A stretch of DNA of 64,000 nt from Raillietiella orientalis (Eukaryota). A model generated the notes under the pieces. It ran no database searches, was not told the origin of the DNA, and saw only the letters and a list, made by a program, of their open reading frames with translations. The position numbers and the translations under genes are program-made. Shown piece by piece: positions 1 through 11,844 of the stretch. Every line of letters begins with the position of its first letter. The first letter of the stretch is position 1. The stretch covers positions 2,232,001 through 2,296,000 of the forward strand of contig JAYWIR010000016.1 in NCBI GenBank assembly GCA_036172245.1, given 5' to 3'.

Positions 1-3000
1 GGCAAAGCACCAGTTAAGGATCGCAGGGCGGATAGCGTTCCTCTCCCGACTTCCTGTTCGAGCATTTCACTCCCAGCTGCTGTGATCTTGCTTCGGTTCA
101 GGAGTCAAGTTAGGTAGGGCGATTTTCCCGTTGAGGAATGACGCACGCGGACGGCATAACTCGTCCTCCAAGAGCCTCCCCATCCCTGCTCCTAGCACAA
201 GAGAGCGATAATCTTCATTACCGCTTGCATGTGTAGCAGCAGTGGTGTTGGCACCACTCCTCTCGATTACGGGAAAGCTTTTTGATATCGGTATGTCGGA
301 GTCCTGAGGAAGCCGCGGAATTGCCTTGCGACTGTGCGTTTTACGGGCGGCAGGTCGCGCAAGTGCTCATCGGCATGCAACGTGAACTCTTTCACGTTCG
401 CTGCTGATTGCCTGTTTATGAAGATTGCAGCCGCCGGAGACTTTGCGGGATTTTCAGAGTCGCAAGCTGTGAATCTGCTCCCTCCCTCTCCCCGATCCCT
501 CATCCCTGCAGCGCCCACATGCGAGTTCCACTGCCGGTTCCGAATCGAAAAGAGCCACAGACGAAACCTTTCCGCATCATTCGCTCCGTACGCCGTTCGC
601 TTTTGTGTGAAGAAATTTACGATGGTAGTTAACGCGCCAGGCAACGATTAGCTTCTCAGATTTCCTTTTCAAGAGGAATCATCCTAATAAGTCACATGCA
701 TCTTCCGTATTGCATGCTGTGTTGCGTTAGCTGCGTTGGCCGAGCCACAGCATGCAATACTGTGCGAGCATCATGGCATTCCGTTCCTTTTGGATCACTC
801 GCGTTTCGCCCAACCCGTGTGTCGTTCAGGAAAGAACTGGCGTCTTCGCTCCCGCTTTTTTTTTTTGGCTTTTCTTTTGTCTCCTGGCGACATTTCTTCT
901 TTACGACGTCGAGCGCGACGGAGACTTATACGGTGCTCTTTTGTACACAGCGTGTCCACCGGATCTGCCGGGAGCTCTCGACGCGTGTCCGCGCTCGCCC
1001 AAGTGGCCGCCATTCGGAGTGCAAAAAATCTTCCTTGCAATACACATACGGATGTACATATGCGCACAGAAAACATGGCGCCGAAAATTCTTACGTCTCG
1101 CCTGAGGAATCACAGCAATGCGATGGTTCTCTGATGCTGCGGACTGTCGTGGGTCGATTCCCAGTGGCTCCACGATTCCAAGTAGAAATGCGCGCCTTCG
1201 GACTGCACAGAATTCTGCGTGGGAGCAAAAGCATCTTCCGCGAGCACTGACGCTGCTGCTGCTGGATCGCGGATCCGAATGGTTGTGCTGGACGCCACTG
1301 AGAATCGACCAGGAACTCTGAGGAGACGAAAGGAGGGGGACAGAGCGAAGGGTCCACATCCTCGACATCTTCCGTGCTGTGCGTTCGTTCAACGGTTCTC
1401 CGCTGCCCCCTCGTCCCTTGGCCCCGGGTGACGCCGCTACCGGAAAGCACCCTCCGCTGTTTCGCTACCTCCCCTTTTCCCTGCTTGCGAGAGGCTCCAA
1501 AGCCGACGATTCCGGGAGAGACCTTTCTGCGCGCTCGATGGCCTCAGGGAGGTGGAACCGGGAGGAGGGAAGGGGGAAGAACATAGTGCTCCCATCGAGA
1601 CTCTCAGACGGCGGCGGGGACCACCGGTGACCGCGCTTCGTTCCCGTACCGGTGCCCGGCCGGAGTTCACCGCCACGGGACGTGAGGGGTCGATCGAAAG
1701 TCCCCAGGCGGACCCTCGGGGCACGAAGCACTCCCCACACGAGGCCGCGTTCCTACCTGCTTGCTGGTCACTGCGAGTGCCGCACGCGGAAAGAGAGGAG
1801 CAGGCGCTCGCGTTGTCCGCTGCTTGCCTGAGGAGTCTCGTGGATCACCGCACCGCTGCTGCTGCTGCTGTCGTCCGCGTCTTGGCGGTGGGGCGCGTAG
1901 AGGCGGATTGCGGAGACGCGGTAGCCGCGCTCCGCGCGCGCGAGGCGCGGACCTTGCCGAGAGGGACGCTACGCCTCGGACGTGGGATGCGCTCGGAGGT
2001 GCTGCGTGGGAAACGCGCCCGCTCTCTCGAGCACGGGCGTGGGGCGTGGTACGGGGAAGAGGGGGTGGAAGAGGAGATCGCGTCCTGAACCGACACCTGG
2101 GTGGCGCTTGGGCGTTGGTTGCGGCAGCGCTTCGACGCGGAGCCCTCGAGGAGGAGGAGGAGGCCGGGGAGTGCACTCCCCGGCTGCCTCCTCCCACGCG
2201 CCGGAGATCCGACGGTCGCAGAGGCAGCACTCGCGCGCACCCTCTGGTGGCCTGCTTGGTGATGCTGCCTGCCGGGGAGAGAGAGCGAGGCGCGATGAAA
2301 CTCGTCCGAGCGCGCGCGCACCTGCGGCGGAAGGACCGTGTGACGTCGCCCCCCGCCCCCGCGGTCCGAGAACACTTCATGGGTCACCTTCAGCGCAGCT
2401 GCCGCGCCCACTGTCGACCCTCCCCGCCGCCGCTCCCACTGGTTCGCTCCTTCATCCCCGTTCACCCGCAACCCGAGCGCGCATGCGCGCACGCGCGTTC
2501 TGGTCACGAGCAGCTGAGCGCGTTAGTCCGCGCCAGCGAGTAGGAGGGAATCGCCCCGAATGCGTTCCGTGTCTGGTGCGTTGGTCGTCCTCTTCAGGGC
2601 TCCGCGAAAGAAAAGAGCGCCACGCTCACGAGCGCCTCTTGCGGGAGGGAGTGGAAAACCGGGCACGATCGAGAGTCGAGGGTGGAGGGGAAGGAAAGCG
2701 GCGAGGTTCTGCCTCCTTCCCCCCTTTCCTTCCCCTTTCCTGCCCAGACTCCCCCTCGGGGGCCACGCGGAGAGCGCCTCCACCCCCTGACGGCCGTGGG
2801 AACGGAACCGTAGCCGTTGGAGGGGACCCCTAGGCTCCCGAGGCGACGGCAGCCTTTTCGAAAGCCTTCCCATCCTCCGCAGCTGATCTTTCGGCTGCCA
2901 TCGTAGATCATCTTTCCCGACCAGTCGCTCCCGAAACTCCTAGACCGATGGAGAGACCCGTCGTGTCGAATGACCTCCCCCGTGCACTCTTTCCTTCCCT

Positions 3001-4699
3001 CTCTTACTCTTAGAAAGACGGAGGGCTCTTGGCCTGCCCGCGATGCCCCTCGCGATGCCCGTGGGTGAGTACGGTCGGCTCCATCTCCAGGGTTCTCCTC
3101 CGGGAGCCTCGCTTCTCGGCTTGGGTCCTCCTGGTGCTCCCCTCTTCTCCTCCCATCCCCTTCAGGAGGATTCACTAGCGATCCTAGAGTTTCCATGCCT
3201 ACAGGTGGTTCCTCGAGTGTTTGGGGCCCGAGGCGACGGCAGGGGGAGACATGCACACGCCCCTGTGAGTTGGCGCGAAGGGGGTGGGGGTAGAGTCTCC
3301 TACCCTGAGGTCCCCGGGAGGCGCGTCTGGGGGAGACCCAAAGGAAGTGTCTTGGAAAGCTCCTCCCCTCTTCCCCCTTCTTTTTCTTCCAGAGTTCCCT
3401 CACCGAAAACCACGTTTCCACAACGCTTCTGGGAGGGGCGGACCGAACCGTGGTCCCCGAGGGAAGGGGCGCGCGTCCCATCCGGCAGCGGCTTCCCTTG
3501 CAGCCTCCGCTTCCGACAGCGCGGGTCCCTCAGAGCACAGCACCACCAAGCAGTTTCGCTCCTTCGCCAAGGAAACGCGCGTACGCATTTCCTTAGGGGT
3601 GACAGGGGAAGGAGTGAAGGGGGGAGGGAGAGGGAAGGCGGGCGGGTGTCTCTGCTCCCACTTCCCCTCACGAGGGGGATCCTCCCCGGGAGCGTGTATC
3701 CTCCGGCGGACAGAAAGCGGGGCGCTTCCTGGATCGCCTCTCTCCCTAGGATGGCGAGGAGAACTTTTTCCGCCCGCCGCACGGTTCTCACGAAGTGGGA
3801 ATTCCCCCTCCCTCCGCTCCTTCTACGGCGTCCGTCCGGGACCCGCGCATTCCCCCACGCGATGACGCTTGCTGAGAGAGCCGACCGGAAGTCCTCCTCG
3901 AGAGCACGCATGCCAGCAGGGAGGCGGCGGGGGAGTCCAGGACTTTCCCGAGGGGAAGCGCCGTGGCGGCGTCCGGGGGTTCCTTCAAGGAGGAGGCGGC
4001 GATCCGGGAATGCACGCGATGGGGACGCTCGCGTGACAACGGTCCCGGCTTCCGCGCGCGGGTCAGAGCGGCTTCCTCTCTCTAAGAAGTCGCTTCGCTT
4101 CCCTCCCATCCCATCCCCCTCCTGAGGGTTCTCTTGGGGTGAGAGCATGAGAGCACGCGTGGGGTCCCGTTGAGCCCACGGATGGAAAGATGGCGGAGAA
4201 AAGGAAGGGGGCGAGAAAGGGTTGAAGTCTTCCTCTCTCCCTCGCCTCGGAGAAGTTCAGAGGATTTTCTCCCCGCAATCGGGGAGCGAGACAGGCCACC
4301 GCCTCGCTCCCCGATGCGGTTTCCTTTGTTCTCACCCTGCACCAGGCGGGCCAAGCCCCCCTGGTGAGACGCGTGTCCGACGGTCGGGGAACTCGCGCGG
4401 AAGCGCCACATCCTGAAAGGAGGCAGCCCGGGTCTCCGCAGCAATGGAAGCGGGAGCAGAGAACTCGGGGCATCAGGAGGGACTCCCACACCCCAGCCCT
4501 CGGGAGAGGCGGGTCTGCTGCACGACAGCTTCCTCCCCTCCCTCCCTTTCGGGTGCGCATCTGGAGTGGCGACCTCCAGCATCATCGCTGAATCGATCGG
4601 GGACAAAAGGTGCTGGCACAAAGGGGGAGAGGAAGGACCATCCCAGCCTTGCCCAGAGGGCAGCAGAGGCGCCTCTCTGGGAGGCGCTCCCTCTGCCCT

Positions 4700-5450
4700 T
4701 CCGGGAACAAGGGTTGGGGAGGAGGAATCCTCGCGGCTTCAGGTCGTCCAGACTATCGGGTAGAGGCGGCTACTTTCCGGGAGAAGGGAGGGAAGAAGGA
4801 ACTCGCTGCTCTGGGACTTCTCCCTTGGCTCGGAGAGAATCCCTTCGAGTGGTTCCAGGGAGCCGAGGGTCCCGCAGAGGGCGAAGACCTCGAAGAGTTC
4901 CCAGTGCCCCCAGGGAACCGACCTCTTCGATCATGCCCCTCTCCCTTCCTCTTCTTCCATTTCCAGCGCATTGGAGCCTTCCCGCAACGACCGGCGAAAG
5001 ACGCGGCAGGGGTGGTGGGAGGTTAAGGGGAGGGAGCTCCTCCTCTCGAGGAATCTCTGGTCGACCTTGAGGAGTCGCCCTTCAGAAGGGTGTGGGATGC
5101 TAGACGAGGCTGAGGTGCGCATGCGCGAGCTTCCCGGTGGGTGGAAAGTGGGCCTCTCCTTACAGCTCCCTCTGAGGCAAACGCAACTGTCCCACCAGTC
5201 CGCCACCTCCCCGTCCCCGTCCCTTGAGGGCACCCGGTCTATTGTCTCAAGCCGCTCCAGGAGCCCTGACACGCCAGAGAACGCATATTTTCCCAGCTTG
5301 GGAGCCGCCGCCGCTCTATCCCTTCTCCGATGGCCTCCTCCTCTGCTGGCGCGAGGGCCCACGGGGCGCGCACGCTGCTCCCCCTCGGTTTGCTCCCGAC
5401 GCCTTCGCCGGAGGGTATGAAGGGACGACGATGCTCGTCTTCGTCCTCCT
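4700..5450 (-). mobile_element. Decayed non-LTR retrotransposon RT N-terminal region (GC-rich copy); limits approximate
   Basis: PKLGKYAFSGVSGLLERLETIDRVPSRDGDGEVADWWDSCVCL resembles the LINE RT consensus PAELLK.G...LLERL..LFN.....GEVP.DW...IVPL. Confidence 0.45.
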
Positions 5451-6499
5451 CGTTCACGGAACTCTCCCCTTCCATGAGCAGGACCGGCCATCCCTAGGGC
5501 TACTCGCCTGCCTCTCACTCTCACCTGCTGTCTCACGTTCGTTCGGGGTGACGTCACGCCTCTCCGATGCCGACGCGGTCCCCTTGTGTGTCGCTCCCGT
5601 CCAGAGTTCCAGGCAGCAAAGAGAAAAAAACAAAAACACAGGAAGGGAGGGTGTTTGCGCGTGGGGTGGTGGCTACGAAGAAGAGTGGACGAGAAAGCCA
5701 CCAAGAGAAGGCTCTCGCCCCGAGTGAAGGTCCCGGCAGTAGGGGGAACTGGAAGGAGACGTCTGATACGTAGGAGATGTGGCAAGGTGTGGGAGACGGA
5801 GAGGAAGAACTGGCTCCCGGCGACTGGCTCGCAGAAAACGAGTGGTGGCCACGGGCTGACTTTTCCCTCTCCTCCGCTGCCTTCACCACCTGGTATCTCC
5901 TATGTGCATCCGCGGCTGAGAAAACACCCGGAACGCCTCCCCCCCAACGCGCACGCACGTGACATGTCTTCAGCGGCAGGGTTGCTGCGCAGGCGGCCGC
6001 GGAGGCGACTCTTCCTGAGTTTCCTGCCCTCCCACTCCTCCTCTTTCCCTCTCTCTCCCTCCGCCTCCTGCTTGAGTGACCGCTGCAGCAGACCGTGCTG
6101 GGCGGAAGCACGAGGATCTTGCGGGAGCCCGCACTCCGCATCCAAGAACGGGAAGAAGGAGGAACACGTATTTTCCTCGTACCCTCCTGTTTCTGTTGCC
6201 ATGGATAGAGGGGACGGTGATCCTCAGGGAAGTGCCGGCTCCTCGTCACATGACTCCACCCAACAGCAGAAGGGACGCTCGAGGTCGTCAAAGAAGTTCT
6301 GCACGTTGCTTTCCCAGGGACGTCTCTTTCTCGTAGGTAAATTCTAAGACGGGGAGCTGGTGGGGTGGTGACCTGCCCATTCTGCATGCTGCAAGGTCCA
6401 AACGGCAGGCGATAGCGAGGAAAGGACGTTGCGGACTCTCCTCCGCTTCCGGCTTCTCTTCCCCACTTACCGAGGGGCATTCCTCTTCGCTTGCTTGGT

Positions 6500-7300
6500 C
6501 TCTTCTGATGCTCTATGATGAGCTCCTCTTAAAGTCGAGAAACGGTCCCGACTGCTTCCGTTCCTCTGGTTATGCGTGGTGTTCCCCCTCCTGAGCATCC
6601 GTGTTATTCGTGTGCATCGCGTCCCACGGAAGGCGAACAGTTAGGGTTGTTTTGGGAATGAATCTCGGGATCAGTGAGGACAACCAAGGCTCACCGAAGA
6701 AGAAATGCTTCCCGGTCTCATGGTGATTGCTGTCGTTCCCCGTATTCCGTAGACTTCCAGAAGGCGCTGTTGAAGACAGATTTCCTTTCTTATGTCTCAT
6801 TTAAAAGCAATGGGAAAGAAGGGGAAAGGGGTGGGTGGGAAGGTAGAGGCCGGCTCCGCAACCGTACGCAATTGCTTAATGAACGACCTTTGTTCCATAA
6901 AACAAAGGGAACGAATAGCGGACAGGGGAATCGTCAGCGGCAAGGTTTTGCAGGAATTCGAGAGAAGCAATTGGGAGGAACTCTTAGTGTGTCCGTGCTC
7001 GTTTCTCAGGTTTACCGCAATATGCTCCGATGAGCGTCCTTGTTTGTGAGGTCCATCGTGTCCCAGGTTCATCGAGAAGTCGGGTTTGTGAAGACCTTTG
7101 CAGGCTACTTCATTGAGGCTCCCGAATACCGTGCTACCCGCAACGCAGTCTCCAAGCACTGTGGCATAAACAGACACTTTGCCTTTCCGCTTCGACTGCC
7201 AAGAGTGAAGCGTTGCACTCAAATAGGAGTCTGGAGGATAAGACTTCCCTCAGTGCGGACAGCGCCTGTCGTTCATCCTCATCCGCCAGCGTATCCTAGG
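6500..7300 (-). mobile_element. Decayed LINE reverse-transcriptase remnant; limits approximate
   Basis: Frameshifted, correctly ordered motif relics: CG*HGI (CGNYRGI), AKVFT, CFMEQRSF (FVDxxKAF), VSLGCP (VRQGCP). Confidence 0.4.
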
Positions 7301-10297
7301 TAGTTTCCAGTGCAAACTTGGGAGGGCAAAAATCCTCTGCACTTGGGACACTCCTCTTCTCACTAGTAAGCTACAATCGAATTATTATCATTATTTTTTT
7401 GGTTTATGAATGTTTGCCGTCGGTCTAGTTGACCGTTATCGGCAAAGCGGACACTAGGAAACGAACTGGTCGGGGAAAAAACTCACTGCTTGATCGGCAC
7501 GCAACTCCATGATCAGTAGAAAATTACGAGATCTCATCCAACCAATCATTCCGACTCACCACAATGCAAACTTTTGGGGGGACGAGTACTGAGGGTAATC
7601 ATCATCAAGTGTCTTCCCCACAGACACGCAAAACTGCCGGTGGAAGAGCCGACCTGCGCCCAGGCTTATTTGCTACGAGAGCCCGCCACCTCGCTTTCCG
7701 TGCAGCTTTCCCGTTGCCACGGGGACGTGATCTGTTTTTGCATGCATTTTCAACCAAAACCACAGAGTGTTTCAGTAGAGGACGGCATGAGTCCAAAGTG
7801 AGAGCTCATAAACACACCGAACATTCGCAGGAGTAATCAGAATAGACTCATAAGGGACGGAGGTCGCTTCAAGGTACAGCTGGACCGCTTTTCCACCACA
7901 TTCCAGGAGACCAGTAGAGGAGTTTCTTTTGCGGCTTCTTGCGCTGCAAGTTTGTACCGACGTCGGGGGGATTTGCAGTATGTCGCGGCAGGGAAATTTG
8001 AATACGAAGAACTGATATTGAGATTAGAAGGAAGAAAATCTAATCAAGAGGCTGATGAGAGCGATCCACTGGAGCTGGGAAGCAAATTCTCCCCCGGCTC
8101 GCCTGAGAAGCTACGTTTTCGCATCAACATTTCGAGGATGCTCGGAGTGTCCCACGAGACGAGATGATGGGCATGCTTTCCTGACTGTTGCCGGGTGTGC
8201 CACGAACGTTGCATTTCCTTGGAAGTTTTATGTGGGAGTCCTGCGAGGCTTCCGGCTTAGAGTAAGCAGAGAAGGGTCCCTGCTGCACCTGCGGAATGCC
8301 GGCCTTTATCCAGGGCTCGCGGAGGAGCACGGTGGTCGTGAAGAATGAGAATTCGTCCGGGTGGTGAACATGGAGAGGTTGGCTTTCCACCTCCTGTCTG
8401 CCTCAGGGCTCGGGATTCCGTCTCCCGTCCGTTGCTTTCAGTCAACTCCATCCAGGAAGGCTTTCCTTGGGTTCCAAGGAGCGCGAGTCTCCCATCAGCT
8501 CTCTCGGAGGAACCCAGAGGCGCTGCTGGCATTTGCTCGCTTTGACCGTTGCTGCTTGGTATTATCGCATTTGTGCTCGAGGGTATCAGCCGGTGGAGAG
8601 ATGCGGAGCCACGGGCATTCTCTTCCGGGAGAGAACCGTAGAGAACCGTTGATCCTTCCCTCTCCCTCCCAGGAGGGCTGCCGATGACGACTTGCCATCG
8701 AGAAGAGTGGAAGCTGGCTTTCGGTCTCGAATGCCGAGAAAATGCGATGACTCGATGCCTGCATGTTGCGTGGGGGAAGAAAGAGGGTGGGGGATGGAGG
8801 GGAGATGGTTTTCACTTTTCCGTGGTCCCGAGGTCGGGCCGGAGTCCGAGTTCCCGTTCAGGAGGCGCACGGGCTGGCGCTGGAGGATGATGGAGCGACC
8901 GTCCCTCATCTCGCTCCTTGCAAAACGAGGATCACCGGCCGTCCTTTTTATTCCACTGTCAGCAAAATTGCCTTATTTCCTCCTTCGTTTCCGGTCATCT
9001 CCACTCTCCTTCCGCCGCGTGAGCGATCCCACGCGAGTGGTGAGTGTCTCCTTCAGCTCCGACGGAGGCGAAAGAGCTTTGGTCCGGGAAGCACCGTGTT
9101 TCCCCCGAGGAACAACTTAGCTGGGCTCGGCTGCCTTCTGGAAGGTTTTTTTTTTTCTTCTCTCTCATTTCTCTCCCCCCTTCCCCTCCCCATCCCCTTT
9201 CCTCTTCATCAACTCTCGCCCTTGGGACGGAGCGGTCCCTCTGCTGCTACCGACGGAGCTCGATTTCTCCCGGCAATCCTTCTACATCCGCATGCCGCGA
9301 GGGAAAGTTCTATCCATTCCATTTACAAGCAGGAAAAACGATAAAACAACAACAGCCCTCCCCCCCGCCCCCGAAAAAAAATAGCAAAAAAGGACCCACG
9401 AGGAGATCCGAAGGGAAGAAGCACTGCGAGTCCCCGTGGACAAATTTGTAACAGCTACGTCGAGATCCTTAATTAAGGCGGATGGCTTCCAAGAATGCAA
9501 GATTACAGCTTCTTTGCTATTTTTTGATCCTCTGGGTTTTGACGATTTCCAGCGAAGGACCAACACGAGAATCAATTTTTAGTATTTCAGACACGGATGA
9601 TTGGTTCATTAATTCAATCCACCGAGATGCCTTCTCACGCAATCCTGTCTGAAAGACCGAGCATGGAAGGTCCTGGAGAATTCCGGGGCTTCCTTCCCTC
9701 TGCTAGGCACAATGATGTATTTTTTCTCCACTGTGCAATGATTGCATCTGTTTTTATCCAGTTGTTCAGGGAACACATTGACACACGGAGGTAACGCATT
9801 GCATGTGTGTGTGTATGTGTGTGTGTGTTTTTTGATATGACTTTTCTTTTTAATATGCCGTTTGCTTGATTTCGGAAATGCCTGGCTGTTTGTTGCTGCT
9901 GTCTTTCCTTTTCGAAAAGAAAAAAAAAAAAAAAAACGCCGAGTGTCGTGAAAAATCGGTTGCATCGTTTCGTGATCTCATTTCTGGATTTCACGAGCGA
10001 TCGCAAAGTTCCCGAACGATTTCTGGCGCCCGCGATCCCCGATTTCAAAGACATCCAGGAATTTTGCAAACCTGCCGTCCCGCCGCCGCCTTCCGAGGTG
10101 GATCGCTGCGTGGTTACGCGTCGTGGAGGGGGGGGGCGCCAACACGTAGGTGACGCGCGAGAGATGGGGACGCCGGGAGTCAGGCAACGCTTTCAAAAAG
10201 GGGAGCAAAGCGCGTTGCCATTCGATGACCCCGCTCGAAATCCCTGGCCGTTCTTCCGCATCACACGTACTGCACACTGCGAGTGAATGCCAAACAC

Positions 10298-10560
10298 GAT
10301 GATGATGATGATGATGATGATGACGGTGTACACTACACACCGTGGGTGTTCATATGTGCTAGGGTGAAGCGCAGCTTCCTCCTTCCCTCCTTTTGCGATC
10401 CGAAATCCCGCCTGGTGAATCGGGTCACCATCCGTGGAAATTGATCTCGGGAGTTTCCGTGAGGCTCGCTTCCGAGATTAGGAAGCCGGGCCGAGCGTTA
10501 CTCGGGAAACAGCCGCCCTTCCCGCGAGGGAGCCTAGGCTAATGCTGACGTTGCACGGCA
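10298..10560 (-). mobile_element. Probable 3' end of a LINE/SINE: stem-loop-rich segment ending in a (CAT)n tail
   Basis: (GAT)n at 10298-10323 abuts the hairpin ACGGTGT/ACACCGT (10323-10343), followed by several further hairpins. Confidence 0.3.
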
Positions 10561-11719
10561 TTGTTGATCCGGCGAATCAAGTCACGGTCTTACGGGATCT
10601 CTACTTTTCAGCCACGATCTCTCTTGTGCACGGTACGGTCCCCGAGGCAGCAGCCTCCTCGAGGCAGGAAAGAAAGCTTTCTTTCGAGAGCGCCGTGTTT
10701 GACCTCGGGATCCGGCTGCCTGTCTGTGAACGAACGGTGAGAATTTCTTCTGTTTCCTCTGTCGGCGTGGTCCAGTTCGGCACGGCGCCGAACCTTTGCA
10801 CGGCGTGAATGCTGCGCGAGTACCGAAAAGGATGAAGGGGCAGGGAGGAGATTCGGAGCAGACCCCGGCGTATGTACCTGACTTAAGGGGGAAAGGGGAT
10901 GCAAGGCCTGTAAGTCCGTAAGTCACGGACCTATTCGGCGTTTCGTACCGTTTCGCACACTTTCGGATGATCGAGCCTCGCGGAAGGCACGGTTCGCAAG
11001 CAAGGAAGGATCTCGTGACGAACAGCGTTGTCTGAGACGGACTAATTAGTGTGCCATACTTATTACCCTTAGCTTCCCCTATTCCAATCAATCCTTTGTT
11101 TCTTTCTAGGGCTTACAGAAGAAAATCACGGAACGGTTCTCAGTACGTGACGGTGTATTTGTGTGGTGTGCGTTTTTGTCTTCGTTCCTTGCTACGCGAT
11201 GCATATAATGAGCCAACACTTCAATCATTGATGTATTAAGGGAGGAAAGGAAGGGGGGGGGGAGGAAGAGGAGGAACCCGGGAAATCGAAAGCCGATCTA
11301 CGGATTAGGAGCTCGATAAAAACGATCTGGTTCATCCATAATTCACAGTGTGCTTTGCTTCCTGGCAGTCCGGTTCGTTCGCCGTCGATCGATGCTCTTC
11401 GTGGCGACTTTTCTCAAGGGTGGGTTGGGGTAGGGTATCCTGAGAGGAAAGGGGGTGGAACGTCCTGCAACTGCGCCGAAAAAAACAAAACAAAACACCA
11501 GCCTCCTCTTTCCGGACCTGAAGGACGAGTAAAGCAGGCGTCCTTCAGATCCTCTTCCTCCGCGTATGCTTCCAGTCAGACCTTGGCGAGCTGTAGTGCT
11601 CCTTTTAGCCACACTGCCCTCCTAAGGGAGTTGCGATCAACTTTCCTCCTCCCTAACGAACACAGATACAAAAGGAAAAAAAGACTGTTCCTCTCGCAGA
11701 TAAGCAGACGTACAAAATC

Positions 11720-11844
11720 ATGAGGCCCATATCGCGCCAGTTTTATTCCACGGACGCCATAGTGCATCCCAGTGCAGAGTCCACATCCCAATACGCTTCC
11801 TCGGCGCTGAATAACATGTCTGTTTACCAAGCGATGGCTGACAG
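11720..11844 (+). CDS. Pde1c: PDE1 5'-most identifiable exon (MRPISRQFYS...QAMADR); may be an internal exon starting at the acceptor at 11700
   Basis: Open frame ending AG|gtacgg that joins the next exon in phase; no recognisable homology in this part. Confidence 0.55.

Noticed and set aside
1500..6480. Many overlapping 200-360 aa ORFs on both strands
   Set aside because: Arg/Gly/Pro/Ser-rich translations expected from very high GC; no coherent domain or splice structure, only LINE relics
11111..11153. Possible additional upstream PDE1 micro-exon
   Set aside because: Plausible splice sites, but two alternative donors and frames and no homology support
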